In this document: in pieces, positions 9,462 through 18,668 of the stretch
Layout: each line of letters opens with the position of its first letter
Position numbering within the stretch: position 1 is the first letter of the stretch
Assembly: GCA_028286585.1 (NCBI GenBank)
Contig: JAQBRI010000006.1
Span: 16,558-80,557, forward strand
DNA: 64,000 nt
From: Candidatus Kaiserbacteria bacterium
GTDB lineage: Bacteria; Patescibacteriota; Minisyncoccia; Phycocordibacterales; UBA2100
Direction of reading: 5' to 3'
Notes under the pieces: model-generated
The model's database searches: none
Told to the model about the DNA's origin: nothing
Seen by the model: the letters and a program-made list of their open reading frames with translations, nothing else
Translations under genes and position numbers: made by a program

Positions 9462-10427
9462 TTATGCGTCAGATACCTGTCTGAGAAGTTCCCGTTTGGT
9501 AACTGAGGAAACTCCCTGTTTCTCGACAACAACTGCAGCAGCAACTGACGCAATATATATTGCATCTGTAATCGAATACCGGAGCGCAAGCGCAAGCGAC
9601 AAGGCTCCGATTACTGTGTCACCGCATCCTGATACATCGACCACATTGCTACTGTGAGAGTGTTGATGAATTTCAGTAAGATTCTGGTCGAAATGGCTCA
9701 TACCATCTGCTCCCCTGGTAACAAGAACGTTTGTACCAAAATCTTGTACAAATTTGTGTGCTGCCTTTTTGTAGTGTTTTACACCAACACTTTCATGTAA
9801 TTCTTTTGTATTTGGAGTAAATAAATGAATGTTTTTATTCTTATACATATGAATATGTGCTGGCTTTGTATCTACTATAATAGGCATTGAATGTTTTTTT
9901 GCATTGAGTGCAATTTTCTGCAATAGCTGCTCATCAATTACCCCTTTGGCATAGTCTGAAATGATAACGATGTCGTATGAAGTTATGTTTTTCAAAAAGA
10001 GATTCAACAATGTGTTACGATCTTTACTCACGTGAGTATTTTTCTCAAAATCCACGCGTGCGTGATGGGCATCATTCACAACCACTCGCTGCTTTACTGT
10101 TGTCGTTGCGTTTTTACTTTTGACTATTCCCTTTGTTGGAATCTGTGATTTTTTTGAGAGTCGGAGCAGTAAATCAGCATGGGTATCATTTCCTACTATG
10201 GAATAAATATCGGCATGACCACCGAGCGTAATGATATTGTTCGCAACATTAAGTGCACCTCCCAAAAAATAGCTCGTGTGATTAATCTGTATTACTGGCG
10301 CTGTAGAACATTCAGGCGACATGCGCGCAATGAATCCGTAGGAAAACTGATCGAGCATTACATCTCCTATTACAGCGATTTGTATTTTTTTGGTATCACG
10401 TATAAATTTTTTGAGCGTGCTTTGCAT
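9462..10427 (-). CDS. hldA: D-glycero-beta-D-manno-heptose 7-phosphate kinase (HldA / RfaE domain I, PfkB family)
   Basis: IAVIGDVMLDQFSYGFIARMSPECSTAPVIQI matches the RfaE kinase N-terminus; C-terminal DVSGCGDTV PfkB motif. Confidence 0.75.
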   Translation of the reverse strand: MQSTLKKFIRDTKKIQIAVIGDVMLDQFSYGFIARMSPECSTAPVIQINHTSYFLGGALNVANNIITLGGHADIYSIVGNDTHADLLLRLSKKSQIPTKGIVKSKNATTTVKQRVVVNDAHHARVDFEKNTHVSKDRNTLLNLFLKNITSYDIVIISDYAKGVIDEQLLQKIALNAKKHSMPIIVDTKPAHIHMYKNKNIHLFTPNTKELHESVGVKHYKKAAHKFVQDFGTNVLVTRGADGMSHFDQNLTEIHQHSHSSNVVDVSGCGDTVIGALSLALALRYSITDAIYIASVAAAVVVEKQGVSSVTKRELLRQVSDA

Positions 10428-10436
10428 ACATTAAAT

Positions 10437-11006
10437 CTAGTAGAGAGAATCTATATGCTCACAAATAAGGTGGATTAAAAAGAGATGAATCTCTTGGATG
10501 CGTGCGGTATTATCGCTTGGCGCGATATATTCGACGTCGCATGTACCACGTAGTGCTCCTCCGTTTTTTCCCAGGAGCGCACAGGTTCGTATTTTTTGTT
10601 TCTTTGCTAGCGCAATTAGACCCAAGAGATTTTGTGAGTTACCGCTCGTGGACAATAGGACCAATATATCTCCTGGCTGCCCAAGTGCTGCAAGCTGCCT
10701 TTCAAAGACTTTTTCATAGCCATAATCATTGCCTATTGCAGTCAAAATAGAGGTATCAGTGGTAAAAGCGATTGAAGGAAGCGCAATTCTCTCTTTCTTA
10801 TAGCGTCCAACCAGTTCGGCAGAAAAGTGCTGTGCCTCGGCGGCACTTCCTCCATTACCAGCTATCAATATCTTTTTCTTTGTTTTAAGCGCCTTTTCGA
10901 AAAGACGGAGAATTTTTTCGATATTCTGCTGGTCCGACTCACCAACCAGTTCGGTTACTGTCCGCAACTGCTGTAATTCCGACTTGATTAATTGGGCTAT
11001 TTTCAT
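10437..11006 (-). CDS. gmhA: D-sedoheptulose 7-phosphate isomerase (SIS domain)
   Basis: ILIAGNGGSAAEAQHFSAELVGRY and LLSTSGNSQN SIS/GmhA signatures; 189 aa. Confidence 0.85.
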   Translation of the reverse strand: MKIAQLIKSELQQLRTVTELVGESDQQNIEKILRLFEKALKTKKKILIAGNGGSAAEAQHFSAELVGRYKKERIALPSIAFTTDTSILTAIGNDYGYEKVFERQLAALGQPGDILVLLSTSGNSQNLLGLIALAKKQKIRTCALLGKNGGALRGTCDVEYIAPSDNTARIQEIHLFLIHLICEHIDSLY

Positions 11007-11026
11007 TGCTCGTAATGTATCACATT

Positions 11027-12139
11027 TCAGTCAATAATTCTCTCTTTAAAAGCTTGTAAGACTCTAGGTAGGTCATACGCGGATACGCCTTCAAATAATG
11101 CTCTTCCGAGTATGTTTCTCTCATTTTCATTGGATAATAGGAAAAGAATGTGGTTTATAAATACAGCTATGTTTTTTGCAGGTGCTACATATCGACTGAA
11201 CGGGGCGGGAAACATATCAATAGTACCTCCGACATCGAAGGCAACAGTGGCAATCCCCGCGGACATGCTCTCTAGAAGTGCGTGCGCCATTCCCTCTTCC
11301 TCACTCGGTAAAATAAATATGTCAGACGCCTTAAACAAATCTGGCATCCTTTCGTTTACGACTCGACCAAGCATGCGAAACTTATTTTCCAATCTTCTTT
11401 CCTGAATTTCTTTTATTAGCGTTGCTTCATACGGTCCGTCGCCTGTCACGATCAATACAACATCCTCCAGCATCGCCTCCATAATCTGTGGCAAATAATG
11501 TGCACCTTTCCTTTCGCTCAAGCGCTGTACAAAAAAAAGGACTTTGCTTTCTGGCAATATATTTAATTGCGCACGCACACTATTTCTATCAGCTTCGTGA
11601 TATTTTTTTGCAAATAGTGGTACATCAATCCAGTTTGGCACAATTACAACTTTTGAAGCATTGAACTTGTAATACTCCGCATACTGATTAATTAAAACAT
11701 GTGCGCCGGTTACCAAATGATCAATTCTCTTGTACACTAGTCTTTCGTACATTTCTTGGAATACGGGCCGTTTATATTCCCAAGGCATTCCACAGTTCCA
11801 GTAATATACGACAGAGCCGGGAATTAGTGTGGCCAAAAATGCGGCAATAAATGAATAATGTACATACACTTTTTTATATCCATATATTCGCGCATTAGTG
11901 AGATGGAGAAATGTTTTTATTATTCGCAGTATGGTGTACCTGCTGTCAATCAGAGCAACGTGTGCTGTTGTTTGCATTAACGTCTGCGGCTTCTTACCTT
12001 TTTCAATAATTACGTAGAGATCTACAGTTTGCGAAAGATGCGCCAAAAATTCCACATTGTATTTCATGTGCGTATTGGTGGTTGCCTCGGGCAATACGTA
12101 ACACAGCTTCTTCTTTGGCTCTTTTATGGTTATGGACAT
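11027..12139 (-). CDS. GT4 family glycosyltransferase
   Basis: C-terminal PSEEEGMAHALLESMSAGIATVAFDVGG (E-x7-E GT-B motif). Confidence 0.75.
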   Translation of the reverse strand: MSITIKEPKKKLCYVLPEATTNTHMKYNVEFLAHLSQTVDLYVIIEKGKKPQTLMQTTAHVALIDSRYTILRIIKTFLHLTNARIYGYKKVYVHYSFIAAFLATLIPGSVVYYWNCGMPWEYKRPVFQEMYERLVYKRIDHLVTGAHVLINQYAEYYKFNASKVVIVPNWIDVPLFAKKYHEADRNSVRAQLNILPESKVLFFVQRLSERKGAHYLPQIMEAMLEDVVLIVTGDGPYEATLIKEIQERRLENKFRMLGRVVNERMPDLFKASDIFILPSEEEGMAHALLESMSAGIATVAFDVGGTIDMFPAPFSRYVAPAKNIAVFINHILFLLSNENERNILGRALFEGVSAYDLPRVLQAFKERIID

Positions 12140-12145
12140 ACTATT

Positions 12146-12799
12146 CTATTGATCCAACTCTAGCATGTGACCATCCGATTTAAGTATGAGCATATCGCCA
12201 AAAGGAACGTCGCCCCCAACGGTCACGCCTCGATTTTCGACCTCTCCAGTAAGCTGTAACGCCCGCATAATTCCTGAGTGCGAAACGATCAATATATTTT
12301 TGCCTTGATATTCGCCTGCAATTCTCGTGAGTGCTGCCTTAAATCTCAGGGCTCCTTTTTTAAAAGATTCTGCACTCCCAAATATTGGATGCTGGCCCGG
12401 AAATGCGAAATCAAAATTATTGTTATCTTGCGGATGTGCTGCGAAATATTCTTTTTTTTGTTGTGCAACTTCGGTGACTGGCATACCCTCATGTATACCG
12501 TAATTAATTTCTATAAGATCGGGGTCAACAATAGGGATAAGATGCGACTGCTCCGCACCTTCAAGAAAGGCCTGAGCAGAATCATGAGAGCGTGCCAACG
12601 GTGAAACAAAAACAGCATCAAATGCAATATTCTTGTAATTCTTCCCTGTCTCTATCATGCTTTTTTTTCCATTCTCAGTTAAAGGTGTGTCCAAGCGCCC
12701 CGATACCAATGGCCCGCCGTTTGCCAAGTCGTTTGTCTTTGCAGCAGTTTCGCCGTGACGAACAAGGAATAACTTTGCAAATTCCACTTCGTCTTTCAT
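12146..12799 (-). CDS. histidine phosphatase family protein (phosphoglycerate mutase-like)
   Basis: LVRHGETAAK (RHG catalytic motif), ILIVSHSGIMRAL. Confidence 0.7.
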   Translation of the reverse strand: MKDEVEFAKLFLVRHGETAAKTNDLANGGPLVSGRLDTPLTENGKKSMIETGKNYKNIAFDAVFVSPLARSHDSAQAFLEGAEQSHLIPIVDPDLIEINYGIHEGMPVTEVAQQKKEYFAAHPQDNNNFDFAFPGQHPIFGSAESFKKGALRFKAALTRIAGEYQGKNILIVSHSGIMRALQLTGEVENRGVTVGGDVPFGDMLILKSDGHMLELDQ

Positions 12800-12806
12800 A
12801 ATTACA

Positions 12807-13409
12807 CTATTCCAAAAATCGCGATATTACAAATCCTTCTGCAAACGTCGATCGTGCCTGATACCCGCGAAATGTATTCATACCTAATATTGCATCGATT
12901 TTGAGAATTTCCTTTTCACCCTGACTTGCGTGTGCTCGTATGGATTCCGCTTTCTTTTCGGTGTGACCTTCGATATTTATCCAATAATTTACATGAAAGT
13001 CCGACATGGTGCTTGGTCCTTCGTACATAAGAATTTGACGAACGTTTCTGCATGCCGATAGTGCTACCGCACTCGTAGTTCGATGGTCTTGATGAATTTC
13101 ATGATGGTACGGAATATAGACCCGATCAGGCGAAGCTAACAAAATAATTTTTTCAACTTGATCGATAACCGATTTATCGCCCGGGAGCGAAGCATCTTTA
13201 TATCCGAGCAGGTGTACCTCCTTTACATTGAGAATCTTTGCCGCGTTTCTTGCCTCAGATTCACGTACTTCACTAGAAACGCCACCAGAGCTGCCGTCAG
13301 TCATGATTATGAACGTAACAGTATCTCCTTGAGACACATGCTTTGCAATTGCACCGCCGCAGCCTATTTCGATATCGTCTGGGTGTGCTCCTATGGCTAC
13401 TATATTCAT
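12807..13409 (-). CDS. PIG-L/LmbE family N-acetylglucosaminyl deacetylase
   Basis: MNIVAIGAHPDDIEIGCGGAIAKH (AHPDDE motif). Confidence 0.75.
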   Translation of the reverse strand: MNIVAIGAHPDDIEIGCGGAIAKHVSQGDTVTFIIMTDGSSGGVSSEVRESEARNAAKILNVKEVHLLGYKDASLPGDKSVIDQVEKIILLASPDRVYIPYHHEIHQDHRTTSAVALSACRNVRQILMYEGPSTMSDFHVNYWINIEGHTEKKAESIRAHASQGEKEILKIDAILGMNTFRGYQARSTFAEGFVISRFLE

Positions 13410-13416
13410 ATATGTA

Positions 13417-14376
13417 TTATATTATTGTATCCTCAAAATACCTACTCACGGTTAATTCTTTCCATTGCACCGAAGTCTTTTTTGCCCCTAATTCATCGAG
13501 TAAAACCTTGATTGGGTTTGCCCCAGCGAGTGCCGTTATTGTGACACCACCAGAAAGGCGAGGGTTTATTTCTACCATTTTTGGTATTCCGTACTGATTC
13601 TCTTTCCACTGAATAAAGACGGGGCCAAAACAATCAAGCTTGCTCAGTACCTGTTTTGTCATCTCAATAATATCCTCCCTCTTTTCTGTTTTTCCGACCA
13701 GTGAAATGCCGCCAGAAAGTGACACTCTCACTCGTGGTACAACATATGCAAAAGTCCCGTCAGCACGAATATATGCATCAACAGTCCACTCTTTCCCCGG
13801 CAACACTTCCATTGCTATGGTTTTGGTCGTATCGATATTTTTCATCATCCAAAGTAATTCGACTCTTGATACCAATCGACACCCTCTGCTTCCCCTCCCT
13901 GTAATTGGCTTTATGAAATATTCCTCTGCCTTCCATTCTAGTTTTTTATTCAGAACTTGATGTGGTCCAATATAGTCAGGAAATTGACTTGTCATCCAAT
14001 CATACAGTTCATTTTTTTTGTCACAGAGCAATAAACTTCTTTTATTAGATACCACAAAAAGTACTTCTTCATTCTTTATTTTGTTTTCTACATCTTCGAT
14101 GAGTACGAGCTCTTCTGCAACAGTGGGTAGAACAATATCGATCTTATTTTTTGTAATGTAACTGCTCATCCATTTTATATATTCTTGCCTACTCGATACA
14201 CTCTCGCATACGTCAAAGTGCTTTGAAAATTTCTTTCCAACAGAGAGCGGATTAATATCGACACCAAAAACTTCAAAATCCTTTTTATACTTTTGCAGTA
14301 ACCGAACCGCATTGATTCCGGCAGGTCCTCCTACTCCCGTTACGAGAATATTGTATTTTTTATTTTTCGACGGCAT
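13417..14376 (-). CDS. ATP-grasp family ligase
   Basis: NILVTGVGGPAG N-terminus; central and C-terminal lobes with KPITGRGSRGCRLV and EINPRLSGG typical of ATP-grasp (CPSase large-chain-like). Confidence 0.6.
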   Translation of the reverse strand: MPSKNKKYNILVTGVGGPAGINAVRLLQKYKKDFEVFGVDINPLSVGKKFSKHFDVCESVSSRQEYIKWMSSYITKNKIDIVLPTVAEELVLIEDVENKIKNEEVLFVVSNKRSLLLCDKKNELYDWMTSQFPDYIGPHQVLNKKLEWKAEEYFIKPITGRGSRGCRLVSRVELLWMMKNIDTTKTIAMEVLPGKEWTVDAYIRADGTFAYVVPRVRVSLSGGISLVGKTEKREDIIEMTKQVLSKLDCFGPVFIQWKENQYGIPKMVEINPRLSGGVTITALAGANPIKVLLDELGAKKTSVQWKELTVSRYFEDTII

Positions 14377-15481
14377 GTTCTAGGAATTTTTCTATTTCTA
14401 ATTGCATTGTTGTGGAAGTCCATTTACTGCCAAGCCGGCTACCATTTGCGCAGAGCATACCATAAAACTCCTTATTTACAATCATTTTTTCCAAAGCAGC
14501 AACATACTCATCAGAGCGTGAACCCTGTATTACAACTCCATTTAGATCATTGATTATAACCTCTCCAGCGCATCCGGTATCGGTTGTAAGAACTGGCAAA
14601 CCACAGCACGACGCTTCAACCATCGGCAAACCCCATCCTTCCCAGAAAGCCGTGTGAATCAATGCGAACCCATTTTTATAGTACTGCGCGACAGCATGGG
14701 TATCGAGGAATCCTGGCATTTCGAGTCTGTTAGTCAGGCCCGCATCTGTGAATTTTTTGACAATTGCACTTTTCAGCTTTCCTTCTCCAATAAAGACAGC
14801 CGTAAAGTCTGGATATTTCTGAAGAATTGGAATCATTATTTCGCAACAAAAAAGCGGCTGTTTTTCTTCGATAAGGCGTCCGCAGAAAATGAGATTATGA
14901 TTGCGCACATGGCCGTTGTCGACGCCCTGCGGATTAAATTCATCTCCATTAACGCCGATTGGAAGCGAGACGACTCTGTTTGAATCTTTCCCCAATGTTT
15001 CAATGACATATGTGGCAATTCTGCTGCTGACGCACCGTACATAATCCGATTTCTTAATCAAAAATTTACCGCTAATGTTTAAGAAGCGATTTTCAAATCG
15101 TTGATTGATCCATAAAGGATTGTCCAAATAGTCACCATGTAATTGAGTAATCAATATTGTTTTACAAAACCTTGAGAGCAGATACCCCGCAATTCCACAA
15201 TACAATACATCTTGAGTATAGATAATGTCATACGTATTTTTTCTTATATCTCGAAGCAGAATAAAAAAACTTTTTACAAACGAAACAATCCGGTTTGTAG
15301 CTCCATAGGAGACAATGTGTACATGCCCACTCTGAAATGTAGACGCACTATTAGAGCCAAGGACGACTATTTTTACATATTCAAAATTCTTAAAGTTATC
15401 TATTTGTCGCCGGCTTGAGACTGATCCTTCATGTAGAATCAACTTGTCTGTACCCAATACCAGTACCCGTAGACTGTTCAT
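14360..15481 (-). CDS. GT4 family glycosyltransferase
   Basis: FWEGWGLPMVEASCCGLPVLTTDTG. Confidence 0.75.
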   Translation of the reverse strand: MNSLRVLVLGTDKLILHEGSVSSRRQIDNFKNFEYVKIVVLGSNSASTFQSGHVHIVSYGATNRIVSFVKSFFILLRDIRKNTYDIIYTQDVLYCGIAGYLLSRFCKTILITQLHGDYLDNPLWINQRFENRFLNISGKFLIKKSDYVRCVSSRIATYVIETLGKDSNRVVSLPIGVNGDEFNPQGVDNGHVRNHNLIFCGRLIEEKQPLFCCEIMIPILQKYPDFTAVFIGEGKLKSAIVKKFTDAGLTNRLEMPGFLDTHAVAQYYKNGFALIHTAFWEGWGLPMVEASCCGLPVLTTDTGCAGEVIINDLNGVVIQGSRSDEYVAALEKMIVNKEFYGMLCANGSRLGSKWTSTTMQLEIEKFLEHAVEK

Positions 15482-15515
15482 ACGGCCACTATATCACACT
15501 GGTATCTGAACAATT

Positions 15516-16409
15516 TTAAGATTCCTGAGTAATAGAACCGATGACTCCTTCGAGAAGCTCCTTATCTTTGCCTGATGTAATGAGATAATCATTATTTTTT
15601 TCTCGAATTGAAAATAGTGCCTCATATCCTTTTATATCAGTCGGTAGATTTTTTTTATACATCTCAAGCAGGGCCTCAAAGTCCTTTATAAAACAATGAC
15701 CTCCAGCGCCACGCCCAACCGCGGTCTCATCATGTCCCGAAGCATGAACTACCGTTGTATGACTCTCCCCAATTCGCGGGTCACGCGTCACAGCTTCAGT
15801 AATAGACGCCACATCCAGATTCATGGAAACCGCAAGATCATACATTTGATTGAAGAAAACGACTTTTTCGTACAAAAAGCAGTTGCCGATGTATTTAACT
15901 AATTCAGCCTCACGAGCTTGCATGATTTTGTTGTATGGAGCGGTCGCGAGCGTACTCAAGACCAACTCTGCTTTCTCATGATTGATCGCGGTATCTTCTG
16001 GAATTCCTATAATATTCCTTTGAGGGTGCGAGGCATCGTATGCAGCGAGAGTTTCTCGCAAAAATTCTGGTGAATGAAAAACGAATATTTCTTGATTTTT
16101 TTCTTGCAGGCTGTTCGTGGTGCCGGGAAGAATGGTGGACTTAATAACGGCAATATTACCCTTTCCCACCAACAACAAACAGCTCTCGACAATCGAGGAG
16201 TCAAAACCATTCTGTGTTGTCGGTGTAGGAACACAAATAAAGACAATTTCACAATCCTTAATGAGATCCTTATTAGTACGATATTGTTCATCCAATGAAT
16301 ATCGTATTACCGAATACCCTCTTGCTTCAAAATCATTTGCATAGTTATTTCCTACCCACCCTTGTCCGATAAATCCGATCAGCGGGGTTTTATTTGTTTT
16401 TTCTATCAT
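15516..16409 (-). CDS. UDP-glucose/GDP-mannose dehydrogenase-family protein, short form lacking the C-terminal UDP-binding domain
   Basis: IGFIGQGWVGN Rossmann N-terminus and GGHCFIKDFEAL (catalytic Cys motif GGxCFxKD); only 297 aa. Confidence 0.5.
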   Translation of the reverse strand: MIEKTNKTPLIGFIGQGWVGNNYANDFEARGYSVIRYSLDEQYRTNKDLIKDCEIVFICVPTPTTQNGFDSSIVESCLLLVGKGNIAVIKSTILPGTTNSLQEKNQEIFVFHSPEFLRETLAAYDASHPQRNIIGIPEDTAINHEKAELVLSTLATAPYNKIMQAREAELVKYIGNCFLYEKVVFFNQMYDLAVSMNLDVASITEAVTRDPRIGESHTTVVHASGHDETAVGRGAGGHCFIKDFEALLEMYKKNLPTDIKGYEALFSIREKNNDYLITSGKDKELLEGVIGSITQES

Positions 16410-16457
16410 CGAGTCATTTTCTCACAAATTATTTATTATCCAAATACCGCCCTAAAA

Positions 16458-17450
16458 TCAGGAAATAACTTTTATAAAGTCACGTGCTACTGCGTCATAG
16501 GTGCGTACCGTGCTCCATTTCGAAACCTTTTCGCATTCCTGTTCATACACCCGCGGATCAAGCAATGATTTTATCGCGACCACAAGCTCATCTTCATTCA
16601 ACGGATCAACGAGCAGGCCGTAGGGCTGCAGCTCTTCCTCAAGTCCGCAATATTTTGTCATGATAAAAGGCTTATGACATCGGGCTGCATCAAGGATAAA
16701 GTTTGGACTAATTTCAGTAATGGATGGTAATAATACCGCGTAACAATATTTCATCCGTTCAAGTAGTTCCTTATGAGAATAAATTCCGTCATCAAGAATT
16801 ATGTCGGGAAATTTTGCTTGAACTCGTGCAAATGCACTACGCACGATCGTGAGGTTTTTGAACACAAGCGAGCGCACATTCCACATAAAAATCTTCTCAT
16901 GCGGCGGCTCGCCCGGGGTCAATTCTTCAATGGCATTTCCAATGATATGCGTATGCTCTTTTGCGATTCTATATTCGGCACACCACAGATCCTGTTGTAG
17001 CTTTGTGCTAAAAATCATACGTGCGCGCCGCACTACATACCCTGTGAGTGCATATATCATTCGCTCCTTACGCGTAAATGGCTGGTGGTGCGAGTAAAAG
17101 CCGGACAAAGGTAACAGATCATGACTGCGCTCGAGATATGCCTCCCATAAAAAATCTCCGCCCGTGCGGATATATACCTGTGTCTTAAAAAAACCTGCGA
17201 GAAACACTAGCGGCAGCGCCACGCTAAACGTATCAAGTGCGATTACTGTCTTATAACGCATAAGGTACGATATGAGTCGGATACCAAACGCTATATGACG
17301 AATGCCGATTGGAAGTTTTTTGAGCCTGCCGTACGTGACCACTTCAACAGTGTGCCCTGCACGCCTGAGCGAAAACTGCAGCTCTTGTGCATAGCGCGAT
17401 GGTCCGCCAATTTCTGGCGGAAATATGCCTGTTGCTATGAGAATTTCCAT
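16458..17450 (-). CDS. glycosyltransferase (GT-B fold, GT4-like)
   Basis: MEILIATGIFPPEIGGPSRYAQELQFSLRRAGHTVEVVT N-domain; weak C-domain similarity. Confidence 0.55.
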   Translation of the reverse strand: MEILIATGIFPPEIGGPSRYAQELQFSLRRAGHTVEVVTYGRLKKLPIGIRHIAFGIRLISYLMRYKTVIALDTFSVALPLVFLAGFFKTQVYIRTGGDFLWEAYLERSHDLLPLSGFYSHHQPFTRKERMIYALTGYVVRRARMIFSTKLQQDLWCAEYRIAKEHTHIIGNAIEELTPGEPPHEKIFMWNVRSLVFKNLTIVRSAFARVQAKFPDIILDDGIYSHKELLERMKYCYAVLLPSITEISPNFILDAARCHKPFIMTKYCGLEEELQPYGLLVDPLNEDELVVAIKSLLDPRVYEQECEKVSKWSTVRTYDAVARDFIKVIS

Positions 17451-17459
17451 ATCACAATT

Positions 17460-18668
17460 CTACCTGTCGTTTAACAGTTTGCCGAATACCCTTTCACGCA
17501 TGGCCTGTGCGATGAGATTCCAGTCGTATTTTTCAATGACCATTCTTTTGGCGGTAGCACATACTTCATGAACTTTCTCGGGGCGTTGCATGATATCTTT
17601 GATTGCTTCGGCTATTTGATTTGGTGAATCTTTGTCTACCGCCCAACCTGTTGTCGGCATATTTGGATTGCGTTTCTCATCAAAAAGAAAGTCAGAGATG
17701 CCTCCTTCTTGCGTAGCGATAACAGGTAGGCCCGCGGCCATCGCCTCGACAAATGAGTTGCCCATTCCCTCGGAACGCGAAGGACGAATGAAAATATCAC
17801 AGGCCTGTAGCATCAAGGGCATTTCCGTATGTCCGAGATTTCCCAACAGATGCACACGGTTTTCTAACCCAAGTTTTGTAATGAGAATTTTTAACATATC
17901 TTCATCCGGCCCGGAGCCATATATAGCAAAGTGAACATTCTCCGGTAAAAGTGCCATCGCTCGTATCACATCATCTACTGCGTTTTTTGTAACAAGTCGC
18001 GATGTAGTAATCAAAAAAACATCACCTGTCTTCTTTCCCATTTTTTCTCGTGCAGCATTAAGTTCTGTTTCAGAATATTCCTGAGAAAAATGCTTCACAT
18101 TCACTGCGTTTGGAATTACTTCTATTGGGCCTTTGAAACCGCGTGCCCGTGCCCATTTTGCGAGAAATGTCGAAAGAGGCTGAATGATATCCGCCTTGGT
18201 GAATGCCCGCGTAAAGAGCGGCCAGACTGGGATCATCTTATGTTCGATATATGCAATTGGATCACCTTCCTGAAGATTTAAAACATATCCGACCTCCGGA
18301 TGCGCCATCTTAAAAAGTGCAGCGGGCACACCGGTTGCATGCGCCATCACTGCCCATATAGCGTCGAATGTATGCTCACGATGCAGACGTAGCGCGCACC
18401 ATGCAGTCAAAAACTGATAGAGTGGTTTGTTTATGGCAAGAGGAAATTTTTTCAAATCTGCCATCGACGGATTTTTGCTTGTAATACCAATTCTATGCAC
18501 GTATACATTTCCTATTTTTTCTTCTCTGGGCAATGACGAATCAAAACGGTTGCAAATCAGATGGAATTCTATATCGTCGATTCTATCGGTAATTTCCTTT
18601 ATTGAAACTTCAGCACCTCCCACGTGTTTGGGAAGGTACGCGAGACTAAAAATGAGTACTTTTTTCAT
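17460..18668 (-). CDS. GT4 family glycosyltransferase
   Basis: IRPSRSEGMGNSFVEAMAAGLPVIATQEGGISDF. Confidence 0.8.
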   Translation of the reverse strand: MKKVLIFSLAYLPKHVGGAEVSIKEITDRIDDIEFHLICNRFDSSLPREEKIGNVYVHRIGITSKNPSMADLKKFPLAINKPLYQFLTAWCALRLHREHTFDAIWAVMAHATGVPAALFKMAHPEVGYVLNLQEGDPIAYIEHKMIPVWPLFTRAFTKADIIQPLSTFLAKWARARGFKGPIEVIPNAVNVKHFSQEYSETELNAAREKMGKKTGDVFLITTSRLVTKNAVDDVIRAMALLPENVHFAIYGSGPDEDMLKILITKLGLENRVHLLGNLGHTEMPLMLQACDIFIRPSRSEGMGNSFVEAMAAGLPVIATQEGGISDFLFDEKRNPNMPTTGWAVDKDSPNQIAEAIKDIMQRPEKVHEVCATAKRMVIEKYDWNLIAQAMRERVFGKLLNDR

